Assembly: GCA_937934655.1 (NCBI GenBank)
Contig: CALGZB010000023.1
Coordinates: 2,908-66,907, forward strand
Direction: 5' to 3'
DNA length: 64,000 nucleotides
DNA from: an uncultured Acidimicrobiales bacterium
Lineage (GTDB): Bacteria > Actinomycetota > Acidimicrobiia > Acidimicrobiales > SHLQ01
Shown: positions 28,104 to 37,609 of the stretch, one piece after another
Layout: the number at the start of each line of letters is the position of its first letter
How positions within the stretch are numbered: position 1 is the first letter of the stretch
Made by a program: the position numbers and the translations under genes
The notes under the pieces: generated by a model
Database searches by the model: none
What the model saw: only the letters and a program-made list of their open reading frames with translations
Told to the model about the DNA's origin: nothing

Positions 28104-28706
28104 GTGCCAACGGAATATGTCGGGGGTTGGCCAACGCCACCCAATCCGACCCAGGCCCATGTTGTCGAGCAGGCTCGCTACTGCATTCGCCATAGCGGCG
28201 GTGCAGAGGTCTCGCTTACGGAGATCTCACGATCCGCTCATCATTCGCCCTCGACGCTGATCTATCAGTTCGGCAGCTACGCCGGCCTGAAAGATGCGAT
28301 TTTTGTCGACATCACGCTCGATCTCGCGGAGCGAATTCAAGACGCGGTAGACGCTGGTTCTCTCGGCGATTCGAGCGGCGTTGTCGATGTTGTGGCTGCA
28401 GAACTCGTTTCTTGGACCACCGAAGAACCGCAGGCGGCGGAGTTCATCGTTCGTCAGAGTCCAACCGACCTCCGGTCGGCGGTATCGCATCGGGCCAGCA
28501 AGCCATTGCGCTCGCTTGCCACCGCACTGGTTCCGTCGATTGGGGCATCAACCGAAGCGCTCGACAGAGCGATTCCCATTGTTCATCAGGCGATGAACAT
28601 GGCGATTCGATTCGCGCAGGCCAAGCCTGATTCTTCGACCGTCGCATCGTTTCTCGACGTTGTTGTGCGCTCAGCGGACACCGGCGTGGGTCTGCTCGAT
28701 TCGTAG
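28104..28706 (+). CDS. TetR-family transcriptional regulator
   Basis: HTH 'VSLTEISRSAHHSPSTLIYQFGSYAGLKDAIF'. GTG start. Confidence 0.75.
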   Translation: MPTEYVGGWPTPPNPTQAHVVEQARYCIRHSGGAEVSLTEISRSAHHSPSTLIYQFGSYAGLKDAIFVDITLDLAERIQDAVDAGSLGDSSGVVDVVAAELVSWTTEEPQAAEFIVRQSPTDLRSAVSHRASKPLRSLATALVPSIGASTEALDRAIPIVHQAMNMAIRFAQAKPDSSTVASFLDVVVRSADTGVGLLDS

Positions 28707-28831
28707 CCACACCATGGCTCAGCTGGGCATTTCGCTACGCGGCTGCCCAGCAAGAGTTGCAGTTCTGCGCTAGACAACTAGCGGGCGCCGCGGAGTTCGC
28801 GGTGCACCTACCCGCCAGAAAGAGGGCAACC

Positions 28832-29437
28832 ATGGGCGTATTTGATTTTGTACGTAACGCAGGCGCAAAGGTCGGCATCGGTAAAAGTACCGATGAGATC
28901 GATGAGGAAGCGCGCGAAAAAGAAGCAGCAGCCGCTGCAGCAAAGGCTTCGATCCAAAAGATCAACAAGGCCCGCGTTGCACAGCAGAACTCTGACAAGA
29001 CAGCCGTCAAGCGTGCTGCCGCAGTCGAGGAGCGTCGCAAGAACCTTCAGAAGTCCGAAGGGCTCGAGAACTATGTTCGCATGCTTGGCCTTGAGGCCGA
29101 AGGCATCGACATCCGCTACGACGACGGAGTAGCGTACATAAACGGCACTTGTCCAAGCTTCAAGGCAAAGCAACAGCTGATCCTTGCGGTTGGAAACTGC
29201 GAGGGTGTCGGCAGCGTCGATGAAGATATCGAGATCGTCCGCGTCAAGCAGGATGCTCCTGATGAAGAAGAAGCAACCTTGGTAACGGTAAAGAGTGGCG
29301 ACACGCTCAGTGCGATCGCCCGCGATCACTTGGGCGACGCCGGTCGTTACCCAGAGATCTTCGAAGCCAACAAACCAATGCTGAAGGACCCAGACCTGAT
29401 CTTCCCTGGCCAGGTCCTACGGATTCCCGGCGCATAG
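28832..29437 (+). CDS. BON + LysM protein (Kbp/YgaU-like)
   Basis: The N-terminus 'MGVFDFVRNAGAKVG' parallels E. coli Kbp 'MGLFNFVKDAGEKL'. BON-like 'IRYDDGVAYINGTCPSFKAKQQLILAVGNCEGVGSVDEDI'. LysM 'VKSGDTLSAIARDHLGDAGRYPEIFEANKPMLKDPDLIFPGQVLRIP'. Confidence 0.8.
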   Translation: MGVFDFVRNAGAKVGIGKSTDEIDEEAREKEAAAAAAKASIQKINKARVAQQNSDKTAVKRAAAVEERRKNLQKSEGLENYVRMLGLEAEGIDIRYDDGVAYINGTCPSFKAKQQLILAVGNCEGVGSVDEDIEIVRVKQDAPDEEEATLVTVKSGDTLSAIARDHLGDAGRYPEIFEANKPMLKDPDLIFPGQVLRIPGA

Positions 29438-29476
29438 TTTCTTCTTCGGGCTCTTTGCCCAAGAACGATAGAAAGT

Positions 29477-29514
29477 AAGAACGCGGGGTCTGACCCCGCG
29501 TTCTTTCTTTTTTG
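29477..29514 (+). terminator. Intrinsic terminator of the BON-LysM gene
   Basis: Perfect 11-bp stem 'AGAACGCGGGG'/'CCCCGCGTTCT' with a 5-nt loop, followed by 'TTCTTTTTT'. Confidence 0.8.
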
Positions 29515-29516
29515 GC

Positions 29517-29600
29517 GACATCTCGGCTGCGTGCCGACCGAACGCACGGACATCTCGGCTGCGTGCCGACCGAACGCACGGAAATGTCGGCTGCGTGCGC
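29517..29600 (+). repeat. 32-bp tandem repeat, 2 perfect copies plus a degenerate partial third
   Basis: 'GACATCTCGGCTGCGTGCCGACCGAACGCACG' occurs at 29517-29548 and 29549-29580, then 'GAAATGTCGGCTGCGTGCGC'. Each unit holds the inverted repeat CGTGC-N8-GCACG. Sits 28 nt upstream of the aldehyde dehydrogenase start. Confidence 0.9.
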
Positions 29601-29627
29601 GGGGACCGTAAGAAATAGGGTGGCGCC

Positions 29628-31055
29628 ATGTTTATTGATGGATCTTGGGTTGAAGCGGCTTCGGGCAAACGGTTTCCGGTAACGAATCCGGCTACCGGCG
29701 AGCACCTCGGCGATATGCCCGATGGTGACGCCGGAGACGCCGACCTGGCGATTGCCGCCGCCCATCGGGCCTTTCCTGGCTGGTCCGCGACCACTGCGTA
29801 TGAGCGATCGGCGGTGCTGTACCGGGCCTGGCAGCTGATGACCGAACGGTCGGTCGAGCTTGCCGAGCTCATGACCAGGGAGCAAGGCAAGCCGTTGAAG
29901 GCCTCGACCTTCGAGGTCAAATACGGTGCCGATTTCCTCCTCTGGTTCGCGGAGGAGGCCAAACGCGTCGAAGGCCATTGGCTTCCGTCGGCTCGACCCG
30001 ATCAGCGGTTCCTCTCGATCCGCCAGCCCGTAGGCGTTGTCGCTGCGGTGACTCCGTGGAACTACCCGATCTCGATGCTCACTCGAAAGATGGGCCCGGC
30101 CCTCGCAGCCGGCTGCACGATGGTTCTCAAACCAGCCGAGGCAACGCCGCTTTGCGCGAAGGCCATCTTCGAGATCTTTGTTGATGCAGGAATCCCCGAT
30201 GGCGTGATCAACATGGTGACCGCGCTCGACCCGGTGCCAATTGGCGACACCTTCACCTCCGATAGTCGAGTGAAGAAGCTCACGTTTACCGGTTCGACTG
30301 CCGTGGGTCGCAAGCTGGCGGGAGCCGCCGCCTCAAACCTGCAGCGGGTATCGGTTGAGCTCGGCGGACACGCTCCCTTCATTGTCTACCCCGACGCCGA
30401 CCCGGTGCATGCGGCAAAGGGCGCAGCCGCGCTGAAGTTTCTCAACTCGGGACAGGCGTGCATCAGCCCAAATCGGTTGTACGTGCCCAACGAGCTGCTT
30501 GACGCCTTCACCGAAACCCTTATCGCTCGTGTCCAAAAAGTGAAGGCCGGCAATGGATTTGCTGAGGGCGTTGGCGTTGGGCCCCTGGTAAACGAAGCAG
30601 CTGTCGCCAAAGTCGAGAATCAGGTGATTGACGCTCGAGCGAAGGGGGCCGAGGTACCAGTTGGCGGCGGACGTCTGACCGACGGCGAATTCGCCGATGG
30701 TCATTTCTTTGCGCCAACGGTCGTTACCGGCGTAACCACCGACATGGTGATCAGCCACGAGGAGACCTTTGGGCCGGTCGCTCCGGTTATCGCCTATGAC
30801 GATCCGGCCGAGGTAATCGAGTTGGCCAACAACACCAACTACGGCCTGGCCGCCTATGTCTACACCCGCGACATTTCAACAGCCTTTCGGGCTTTTGAGG
30901 CGCTGCGGTTCGGCATTATTGGCATCAACGATGTGAATCCCACGTCGGCGGCTGCGCCGTTTGGTGGCATGGGTGACTCAGGTTTGGGTCGTGAGGGCGG
31001 ACATGAGGGCATCGATGAGTACCTCGAAACCAAACTCGGCGGGTTCGCACTCTGA
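29628..31055 (+). CDS. NAD(P)-dependent aldehyde dehydrogenase (succinate-semialdehyde dehydrogenase-like)
   Basis: 'VAAVTPWNYP', 'KLTFTGSTAVG', 'ELGGHAPFIV', 'FLNSGQACISPNR' (catalytic Cys) and 'EETFGPV'. Confidence 0.88.
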   Translation: MFIDGSWVEAASGKRFPVTNPATGEHLGDMPDGDAGDADLAIAAAHRAFPGWSATTAYERSAVLYRAWQLMTERSVELAELMTREQGKPLKASTFEVKYGADFLLWFAEEAKRVEGHWLPSARPDQRFLSIRQPVGVVAAVTPWNYPISMLTRKMGPALAAGCTMVLKPAEATPLCAKAIFEIFVDAGIPDGVINMVTALDPVPIGDTFTSDSRVKKLTFTGSTAVGRKLAGAAASNLQRVSVELGGHAPFIVYPDADPVHAAKGAAALKFLNSGQACISPNRLYVPNELLDAFTETLIARVQKVKAGNGFAEGVGVGPLVNEAAVAKVENQVIDARAKGAEVPVGGGRLTDGEFADGHFFAPTVVTGVTTDMVISHEETFGPVAPVIAYDDPAEVIELANNTNYGLAAYVYTRDISTAFRAFEALRFGIIGINDVNPTSAAAPFGGMGDSGLGREGGHEGIDEYLETKLGGFAL

Positions 31056-31218
31056 ACGGAAACTGTCGCGGAGTGACGGACGGCTCGTTGATGTTATAGG
31101 TCTTAACGAAACGGCTAGACAGGGTAACCCCTGAGTGATACGTTCAATCGGAATCTGGTGCGCATGCACCGGAACCGACCATACGTACACGCAGTAAACC
31201 CGAAGAGGTGTTCCACCA

Positions 31219-32601
31219 ATGTCTGATTTCACCGATTATGCCGCCGAAGCCCAGACCCATTTGGTGCCTCACTTCACCAAGGGTGCCGCATGGCGCGACC
31301 CCAACCTGCTCGTCATCGAGCGAGGCGAGGGTTGCTATGTCTATGACACCAACGACACCAAGTACCTCGACGGTCTCTCGGGGTTGTTCTGCGTAAACAT
31401 CGGCCATGGCCGCCCCGACATCACGGCTGCGGCCGCCGAACAGATGGACAAGCTGGCGTACTCGTCGAACTGGGGCATGGCGCACCCGAAGTCCATCGAG
31501 GCCGCCCGGATGATTGGCGAGGTCGCCCCTGGCGATCTCGATGAGGTCTTCTTCGTAAGCTCCGGCTCCGAAGCGGTTGAGTCGGCCATTAAGTTCGCCC
31601 GCAATTACCACCTCAGCCAGGGCGACTCCGAGCGGTACAAGGTCATTGCGCGAAACTGGGCCTACCACGGCACCACGCTCGGGGCACTGGCCGTAACCGG
31701 CATCCCCAAGTTCCGCGATCCCTTCCTGCCGCTTCTCTGGGACGGCGTTCGTCACGTCCCTCACACTCTCGACCACTCGTTCCCGCTCGACACTCCTGCC
31801 GCCGAGTTGCCGTGTGTTACCGCAATCGAAGAGATGATCCTTGCCGAGGGCCCCGAAACCATCTCGATGTTCATCGCCGAGCCGGTACAAAACGGACGCG
31901 GAGCTGTCGTCCCGCCCGAGGGCTACTGGCAAGAAGTTCGCAAAATCTGTGACAAGTACGGCATCTTGCTCTGTGCCGATGAGGTCATTTGTTCCTTCGG
32001 CCGCTTCGGCCATTGGTTCGCAAGCGAGCGCTTTGGTGTTGTGCCCGACATGATCACCTTTGCCAAGGGCGTCACCTCTGCCTACCAACCGCTCGGCGGC
32101 GTGGTCATGCGCACTCCGCTCGTCGAGGCGATCTACGACTCTGAGATGGGCGCCTTCATGCACGGCTCCACCTTCGGCGGTCACCCGGTGGCCACGGCGG
32201 TAGCGGTTGCAAACATGCGGGCCATGGACGAAGAAGGCGTATTGAAGAACGTCCGCGACAACGAGAACTACATCTCGGGCAAGCTCAACGGTCTCGTCCA
32301 CAGCTACGCCCATGTCAACGAAGTTCGTGGCGCCGGCTACTTCTATGCCATCGAGTTGGGTGTCGACCGCGAAGCTGGCATCGAGTTGTCCGAGCATCAG
32401 GCCAAGGCGCTCCAAACGGGAGTCCTTCTCAACTACGTGCGCGACGCCAAGCTCCTTATTCGTCCCGACGATCGCGGCGCTACCATGCTCACCGTCTCAC
32501 CGCCACTTATTGCCGATCACGGGGTTATCGACGACCTCGTCAATCGCGTCGACGAGGTGCTTGGACGAGTCGGAACATGGCTCGCCGAGAACCCGGAGTA
32601 G
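31219..32601 (+). CDS. Class-III (omega-amino acid:pyruvate / taurine:pyruvate type) aminotransferase
   Basis: 'SGSEAVESAIKFAR', 'YHGTTLGALAVTG', 'DEVICSFGRFGHWF' and 'TFAKGVTSAYQPLG' (PLP Lys). Confidence 0.85.
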   Translation: MSDFTDYAAEAQTHLVPHFTKGAAWRDPNLLVIERGEGCYVYDTNDTKYLDGLSGLFCVNIGHGRPDITAAAAEQMDKLAYSSNWGMAHPKSIEAARMIGEVAPGDLDEVFFVSSGSEAVESAIKFARNYHLSQGDSERYKVIARNWAYHGTTLGALAVTGIPKFRDPFLPLLWDGVRHVPHTLDHSFPLDTPAAELPCVTAIEEMILAEGPETISMFIAEPVQNGRGAVVPPEGYWQEVRKICDKYGILLCADEVICSFGRFGHWFASERFGVVPDMITFAKGVTSAYQPLGGVVMRTPLVEAIYDSEMGAFMHGSTFGGHPVATAVAVANMRAMDEEGVLKNVRDNENYISGKLNGLVHSYAHVNEVRGAGYFYAIELGVDREAGIELSEHQAKALQTGVLLNYVRDAKLLIRPDDRGATMLTVSPPLIADHGVIDDLVNRVDEVLGRVGTWLAENPE

Positions 32602-32762
32602 GGGAGCGTTCTGGAACCCGCCCACAACGGCAGCGTGTTTGGGCCTAGCATTGATGACCGGTTCGTTCATCGGACCAATTTTGGAGGGGGACTCTGGAGT
32701 TTCTTGCGAAACTCCGGCGGTTTCCAAGTATCGATTTCGATGCGCTAACAAGGAGACATACA

Positions 32763-33854
32763 TTGAAAAAGTCAAAGCTCTTTCTTGCTTTGCTGATGGT
32801 TTTCGGCCTTATCGCCGCTGCCTGCGGTAGCGACGATCCGGTCAGCAACGCGGTCGACGATGCTGAAGAGGCGGTCGAAGACGCGGTTGACGGAGACGAC
32901 GGAGACGCCATGGACGATTCCGTCGATGTGCTGAACGTTGCGTACTTCTCCGGTTGGCCACTTCCCCCACAAATTGGGCAGGAAGACGGCAGCTTCGCCG
33001 AAGCAGTTGGCGTCGGCGAAATCAACTGGATCCCACTTCCTGACGGTGGCGCGATGGCCGATGCGATGATCGCCGGCGATGTTGACATCAGCTACTCGAT
33101 TGGTCTCACCCCGTTCGCCGTGAAGGCCACCAACGGTGCGCCCATCAAGATGGTCGGTATCGCTGTTGCCTACGACGATGCGGACAACTGCATCGTGCAG
33201 GGCGACCTTGGTCTCACCCGAGACAACGCTGCCGAGGTTCTCAACGGCGCTCAGATCCTTACCCCAATCGGTAACGTCACCCACTACAAGCTTCTCAAGA
33301 CCATGGATTTCCTCGGCGTCGATACCTCGACCCTCGAGATCCTTCCCGCAGAGTCCGGCGACGCAACCGCTGCCGCTTTCTCCGGTGGACAGGTTCAAGT
33401 TGGCTGTGCATTCGGTGGCGCTCTTGTGACCATGACCGACGCTGGCGGCGTTCCAATCCTCACCGGTGCGGAAACCTCCAACGAAGTCGGCATCAAGACC
33501 TACGACGTCACAGCCGTAACCGATGACTTCGCCGCTGCTCACCCAGGAGTTGTTACCCAGTTCCTCGCCGCAAACGAAGAATTCAACCAGATGTGGGCCG
33601 CTGACCCAGATGGCACCAACCCGACCATCGCAACCGCTGCTGGTATGGAAGAGGTTGGCAACTTCCTCTCCGGACCGACCTGGTTCACCTTCCCAACCGT
33701 CGCTGAGCAACTCAGCGATGACTGGCTTGGATCCAGCGTGGCTGAGGTCATGCTCGAACAGCTCAACTTCTTCCTCGAGCAGGGACAGATTGATGCAGTT
33801 GCCGATGACTACGGACAGTTCATCGACACCAGCTACCTCGAAGCAGCTCAATAA
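32763..33854 (+). CDS. ABC transporter substrate-binding lipoprotein, NitT/TauT (TauA/NMT1-like) family
   Basis: Lipobox 'LIAAACGSD'. An acidic linker is followed by an NMT1-like domain. Adjacent to a TauB/TauC-like ATPase and permease. Confidence 0.75.
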   Translation: MKKSKLFLALLMVFGLIAAACGSDDPVSNAVDDAEEAVEDAVDGDDGDAMDDSVDVLNVAYFSGWPLPPQIGQEDGSFAEAVGVGEINWIPLPDGGAMADAMIAGDVDISYSIGLTPFAVKATNGAPIKMVGIAVAYDDADNCIVQGDLGLTRDNAAEVLNGAQILTPIGNVTHYKLLKTMDFLGVDTSTLEILPAESGDATAAAFSGGQVQVGCAFGGALVTMTDAGGVPILTGAETSNEVGIKTYDVTAVTDDFAAAHPGVVTQFLAANEEFNQMWAADPDGTNPTIATAAGMEEVGNFLSGPTWFTFPTVAEQLSDDWLGSSVAEVMLEQLNFFLEQGQIDAVADDYGQFIDTSYLEAAQ

Positions 33855-33867
33855 AGACCCTGACGCC

Positions 33868-33895
33868 ACTGTCCCGGGTCGCAGCCCGGGACAGT
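33868..33895 (+). terminator. Perfect 11-bp hairpin after the SBP gene (attenuator or mRNA stabiliser; no U-tract)
   Basis: 'ACTGTCCCGGG'-TCGCAG-'CCCGGGACAGT', 14 nt after the stop. A second imperfect hairpin at 33957-33987 is followed by 'TGTTGGTTT'. Confidence 0.4.
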
Positions 33896-34056
33896 TCGTG
33901 TTCAGAAGAAGTGTGAGTTCAGAAAGAACAGCACGACGAAATACGAGTTATCGATAGGGCGCTGGCAGCAATCTGCTGTCGGCGCCCTGTTGGTTTCCGG
34001 GGCACGCGGTCTTCAAGGCAGTTGTTCTGCAGCGGCGATGTACAAGGGGGTACGGC

Positions 34057-34857
34057 GTGAGAGCGCTAAGTGTTAAAAATCTAGAGATGGTCTACGAGGT
34101 CCCGAAGGGTGACCCGGTTCATGCTCTCAGCAACATCAACTTCGATCTCAAGGGCGGGCGTTTGCTTACCCTTCTGGGTCCGAGCGGTTGCGGAAAAACC
34201 ACATTGCTTAACATCATCGCTGGTTTCTTGGGCCCCACCGAGGGCGAGGTGTATCTCGGCGACGAAAAGATCACCGGGCCAAGCGAAGATCGCGGCATGG
34301 TGTTCCAGCAGGGCGCACTCTTCGAGTGGCTCAATGTTTCCAAGAACATTTCGTTTGGGCCTCGGATGGCCGGTGTGAAGAAATCGGTATACCTCCCCGA
34401 AGTCGAACGACTGCTCGATACCGTCGGGCTTAGCGGCTTTGGCGACAAACAGATCTACGAACTTTCTGGCGGCATGCAGCAGCGCGTTGCTTTGGCCCGC
34501 TGCCTCGCCAACGACCCCGACATGATGCTCATGGATGAGCCTCTCGGTGCGCTAGATGCGCTCACCCGAGAAAAAATGCAGAGCCTCATTCTGAACCTGT
34601 GGAATGAGACCGGCAAGAGCATCGTGATGGTCACCCACTCGGTCGAGGAGGCGCTCTTGCTTGGCGACAAGGTGTTCGTAATGGCGCCTCGTCCTGGCCG
34701 TATCGAAAAAGTCTACGAGTTGCCTTTTGCGGTGCGGGCTCTCTCTGAAGACCCTCGCGAAATCAAAAAGGGCGCCGACTTTCAGGAAGTCAAAGAAGAG
34801 ATCCTGAGCTTCATCTGGGAAATGGAAGAAGAAATCATGGGACGGGAAGAGGCCTGA
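34057..34857 (+). CDS. ABC transporter ATP-binding protein (NitT/TauT family, TauB-like)
   Basis: Walker A 'GPSGCGKTT', signature '[12 protein letters not shown]', Walker B '[11 protein letters not shown]'. Confidence 0.9.
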   Translation: MRALSVKNLEMVYEVPKGDPVHALSNINFDLKGGRLLTLLGPSGCGKTTLLNIIAGFLGPTEGEVYLGDEKITGPSEDRGMVFQQGALFEWLNVSKNISFGPRMAGVKKSVYLPEVERLLDTVGLSGFGDKQIYELSGGMQQRVALARCLANDPDMMLMDEPLGALDALTREKMQSLILNLWNETGKSIVMVTHSVEEALLLGDKVFVMAPRPGRIEKVYELPFAVRALSEDPREIKKGADFQEVKEEILSFIWEMEEEIMGREEA

Positions 34858-34859
34858 TC

Positions 34860-35861
34860 ATGGCAGGACTTTCAACGAGACGATCCGACAACAAGACCGT
34901 TACCTTCGGCGATGCTGCGGCGGTAACGAGCCTCCCGTTCTGGGGTCTTCTTGGAGTCATCACGCTTTTTGGTGTGTGGTTCCTTACGACAACCGCTTTT
35001 GGTTTCCCTAGCGAACTGGAAGAGAAGTACAACGCGGCCGCCGAAACGAAGGCTATCGAGAAGGCCGAAGCCGCAGGCGAGCCGGTCGACTTCGATCGAC
35101 TCAGCGACCGAGAACTGTTTGTCGAGTGTCAGCGTGACGGCGACAACTGCAACAACAAGACCTCCTACACCCAGGTGGTTTCGTCGCTCAGCTTTCCGTC
35201 GATCCCCGACACCATCGGTGCTGCGCAAGAGTTGTTCACCGACGGCTATCAGAACTTCAGTATCTGGGAACACACGTGGGCAAGTCTTTGGCGAGTTCTT
35301 CGCGGGATGTTCTGGGGCTCGGTTGTGGGTATCCCGGTTGGGTTGTCGATGGGCTTGTCGAGCCGTGCTCGCGGATTCTTCGACCCACTCGTTGAGGGCT
35401 TCCGGCCCATTCCGCCTCTGGCGTTGCTCTCGCTCTTTGTTCTGACCTTTGGCATTGGTGACAAGGCAGCGGTGCCGCTTCTGATCTTCGCGTCGCTCTG
35501 GATCATGATCATCGCTGCCCGCGCTGGTGTGCGAAACGCCAGCCTTGCCAAAGTGCGGGCGTCGTATTCTCTCGGCGCCTCGAAGTCGCAGCTGCTGCGC
35601 AAGGTGCTTATCCCGAACGCACTTCCGGAGATCTTCACTGGTCTTCGCGTGGCTCTGGGTGTGAGCTGGGGAACCCTGGTCGCCGCAGAACTCACCGGGG
35701 TCCAAGATGGTCTTGGCGCAATGATCTCTCAGGCCAAGAACTTCTCTCGACTCGACATCATCGTGGTCGGCATCGTCATCATCGCCCTTATTGGTGTGCT
35801 GATGGACGGCTTCATCCGGTTCCTCGAGTCGATTCTGATTCCGTGGCAGGGCAAGGGCTGA
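34860..35861 (+). CDS. ABC transporter permease (TauC/SsuC-like)
   Basis: BPD_transp_1-type EAA loop 'SYSLGASKSQLLRKVLIPNALPEIF'. Multiple TM helices, with an unusually long N-terminal periplasmic insert. Confidence 0.85.
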   Translation: MAGLSTRRSDNKTVTFGDAAAVTSLPFWGLLGVITLFGVWFLTTTAFGFPSELEEKYNAAAETKAIEKAEAAGEPVDFDRLSDRELFVECQRDGDNCNNKTSYTQVVSSLSFPSIPDTIGAAQELFTDGYQNFSIWEHTWASLWRVLRGMFWGSVVGIPVGLSMGLSSRARGFFDPLVEGFRPIPPLALLSLFVLTFGIGDKAAVPLLIFASLWIMIIAARAGVRNASLAKVRASYSLGASKSQLLRKVLIPNALPEIFTGLRVALGVSWGTLVAAELTGVQDGLGAMISQAKNFSRLDIIVVGIVIIALIGVLMDGFIRFLESILIPWQGKG

Positions 35862-35873
35862 TAGACCGGTCCG

Positions 35874-36788
35874 GTGGCAATCCTTCACGAGTGGTACGAG
35901 CGGGCAAGGGCTAACCCTCAGCGGGTGGTTTTGGCCGACGCTGGCGATGATCGAGCGGTAGAAGCTGCTCGGCGGCTCAACGCCGAGGGCCTTGCCGTGG
36001 CATCGGTGATCGATAATGCGGCTGCCGTTTTTGACTTGGTCGACCCAGAGATTCTCAGCGACGCGGTTGCTCATCCCGGCTTTACGAACCGACCCTTCGA
36101 TCTCGATGACCCGCTGAACGCTGCGACGATTTCGGTCAGGGCCGGCCTTGCCGACGCGTGCGTCGCTGGGGCTAGTCGATCGACCGCCGACGTTCTGCGG
36201 GCGGCGATTCGTATTCTCGGCACCGCTCCAGAGTCATCGGCTATCAGTAGCTGTTTCTTCTTTGTTCTTCCCGACGGGTCGGCAATTGTGTACGGCGATT
36301 GCGGTGTTCTGCCCGACCCCGATGTCGAGCAGTTGGCCTCGGTGGCCGTTTCGTCGGCGGGAACATTTGCCGCGCTATCGGGTGAAGAGGCCCGCGTGGC
36401 CATGCTGTCGTTCTCGACCAAAGGCAGCGCCCGTCACGAACGAGTCGACAAAGTTATTGCCGCCACCGAGCGGGTCCGCGAGCTCGCTCCCGATCTGTTG
36501 GTCGATGGAGAGTTGCAGTTCGACGCGGCATGGGTGCCAGCAATCGGTGAAAAGAAGGCGCCCGGATCTCCGGTAGCCGGACGCGCCAACGTGTTCGTGT
36601 TCCCCGACCTCGATAGCGGCAACATCGCCTACAAGATCACCGAACGGTTGGGCGGCGCCCAAGCCTTTGGCCCGCTCCTCCAAGGGGTGGGAGGCGTCAT
36701 GCATGATTTGTCGCGAGGGGCGAGCGTCGATGACATCGTGAATGTGAGCGTTATCGCTGCGCTGCAAGCCCAACCGTCTCCCGAGTGA
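35874..36788 (+). CDS. pta: Phosphate acetyltransferase (short form)
   Basis: '[11 protein letters not shown]', 'FSTKGSA', 'DGELQFDAA' and '[32 protein letters not shown]' are PTA_PTB motifs. The pairing with xsc is canonical. Confidence 0.82.
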   Translation: MAILHEWYERARANPQRVVLADAGDDRAVEAARRLNAEGLAVASVIDNAAAVFDLVDPEILSDAVAHPGFTNRPFDLDDPLNAATISVRAGLADACVAGASRSTADVLRAAIRILGTAPESSAISSCFFFVLPDGSAIVYGDCGVLPDPDVEQLASVAVSSAGTFAALSGEEARVAMLSFSTKGSARHERVDKVIAATERVRELAPDLLVDGELQFDAAWVPAIGEKKAPGSPVAGRANVFVFPDLDSGNIAYKITERLGGAQAFGPLLQGVGGVMHDLSRGASVDDIVNVSVIAALQAQPSPE

Positions 36789-36885
36789 ACAGAATGTACA
36801 ACCATGTGACTTTTGTTGATCCTTTTCGGGCGCTGCGGGTCGCCAACTAGGGTGGAGGCATCCTCAACTGGACGGAATTCCCCAC

Positions 36886-37491
36886 GTGACGGCCCCTCAG
36901 AGCACGCCACCTATCGCCAAGCCGGAAACTCGCGGCGCCATCGATAAAGAACTGGTGGTCGAAACCGCCGCCAGAATCGCCGATCGGGACGGAATCGACG
37001 AAGTAACGCTTACCCGCGTTGCCAAGGAACTCAACATCAGCCAGCCCGCCCTTTATCGCCACGTCGAGGGCTATGACGACCTCATTCGGAGCCTCGGACT
37101 CGAAGGGCGACGGGTTCTTGCCGACGTTCTTGCGGCAGCTGCGGTTGGCGTTGCAGGAGACGACGCCGTTCGGGCCATGGGCCGGGCATGGCGTCAGATT
37201 GTCAAGGAACGATCCGGCGTCTACGCCGCCACCGACAGGTATCCATGTGCCGGCGACCCTGAGCTTGAAGAGGCCGTCGACCGAGTCATCGAGGTTCTTG
37301 GACTCGCGTTGGTCGGCTACGATCTCGATCCCGAAGACCAGATTCATGTGTCGCGGACGTTGCGTAGCGCATTCCATGGCTTCGCAGCACTCGAGGCGGG
37401 CGATGGGCATCCGCGGCCTCACGATCTCGATGACACCTACGAGCACCTCCTCGATCTGTTGATCGCAGGTATCCGAGGTCACTCGGTTTAA
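36886..37491 (+). CDS. TetR/AcrR-family transcriptional regulator
   Basis: HTH 'VTLTRVAKELNISQPALYRHVEGYDDL'. Confidence 0.8.
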   Translation: MTAPQSTPPIAKPETRGAIDKELVVETAARIADRDGIDEVTLTRVAKELNISQPALYRHVEGYDDLIRSLGLEGRRVLADVLAAAAVGVAGDDAVRAMGRAWRQIVKERSGVYAATDRYPCAGDPELEEAVDRVIEVLGLALVGYDLDPEDQIHVSRTLRSAFHGFAALEAGDGHPRPHDLDDTYEHLLDLLIAGIRGHSV

Positions 37492-37609
37492 GGGGTTACG
37501 TGGAGAATCGAGAGATCCCAGACTAGGCCCTCTCGCGTTTTGGTTATAGACTCTTACTTGGCCTCGGTTGAGGCTGACCTTCTTGCCGATTGACTCCCAG
37601 GAGCCCGTT

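Noticed and set aside
31056-31218. Possible regulatory palindrome 'GGTGCGCATGCACC' between the aldehyde dehydrogenase and aminotransferase genes
   Set aside because: It is not a true palindrome on checking the reverse complement, and it is too short to distinguish from chance.
31144-32415. 423-aa minus-strand ORF. The same applies to 34872-36074 (400 aa), 7100-8293 (397 aa), 4591-5712 (373 aa), 5484-6569 (361 aa), 32772-33869 (365 aa), 2916-3950 (344 aa) and 39444-40388 (314 aa).
   Set aside because: All are antisense shadows of + strand genes that carry clear family motifs. None shows a recognisable motif of its own.
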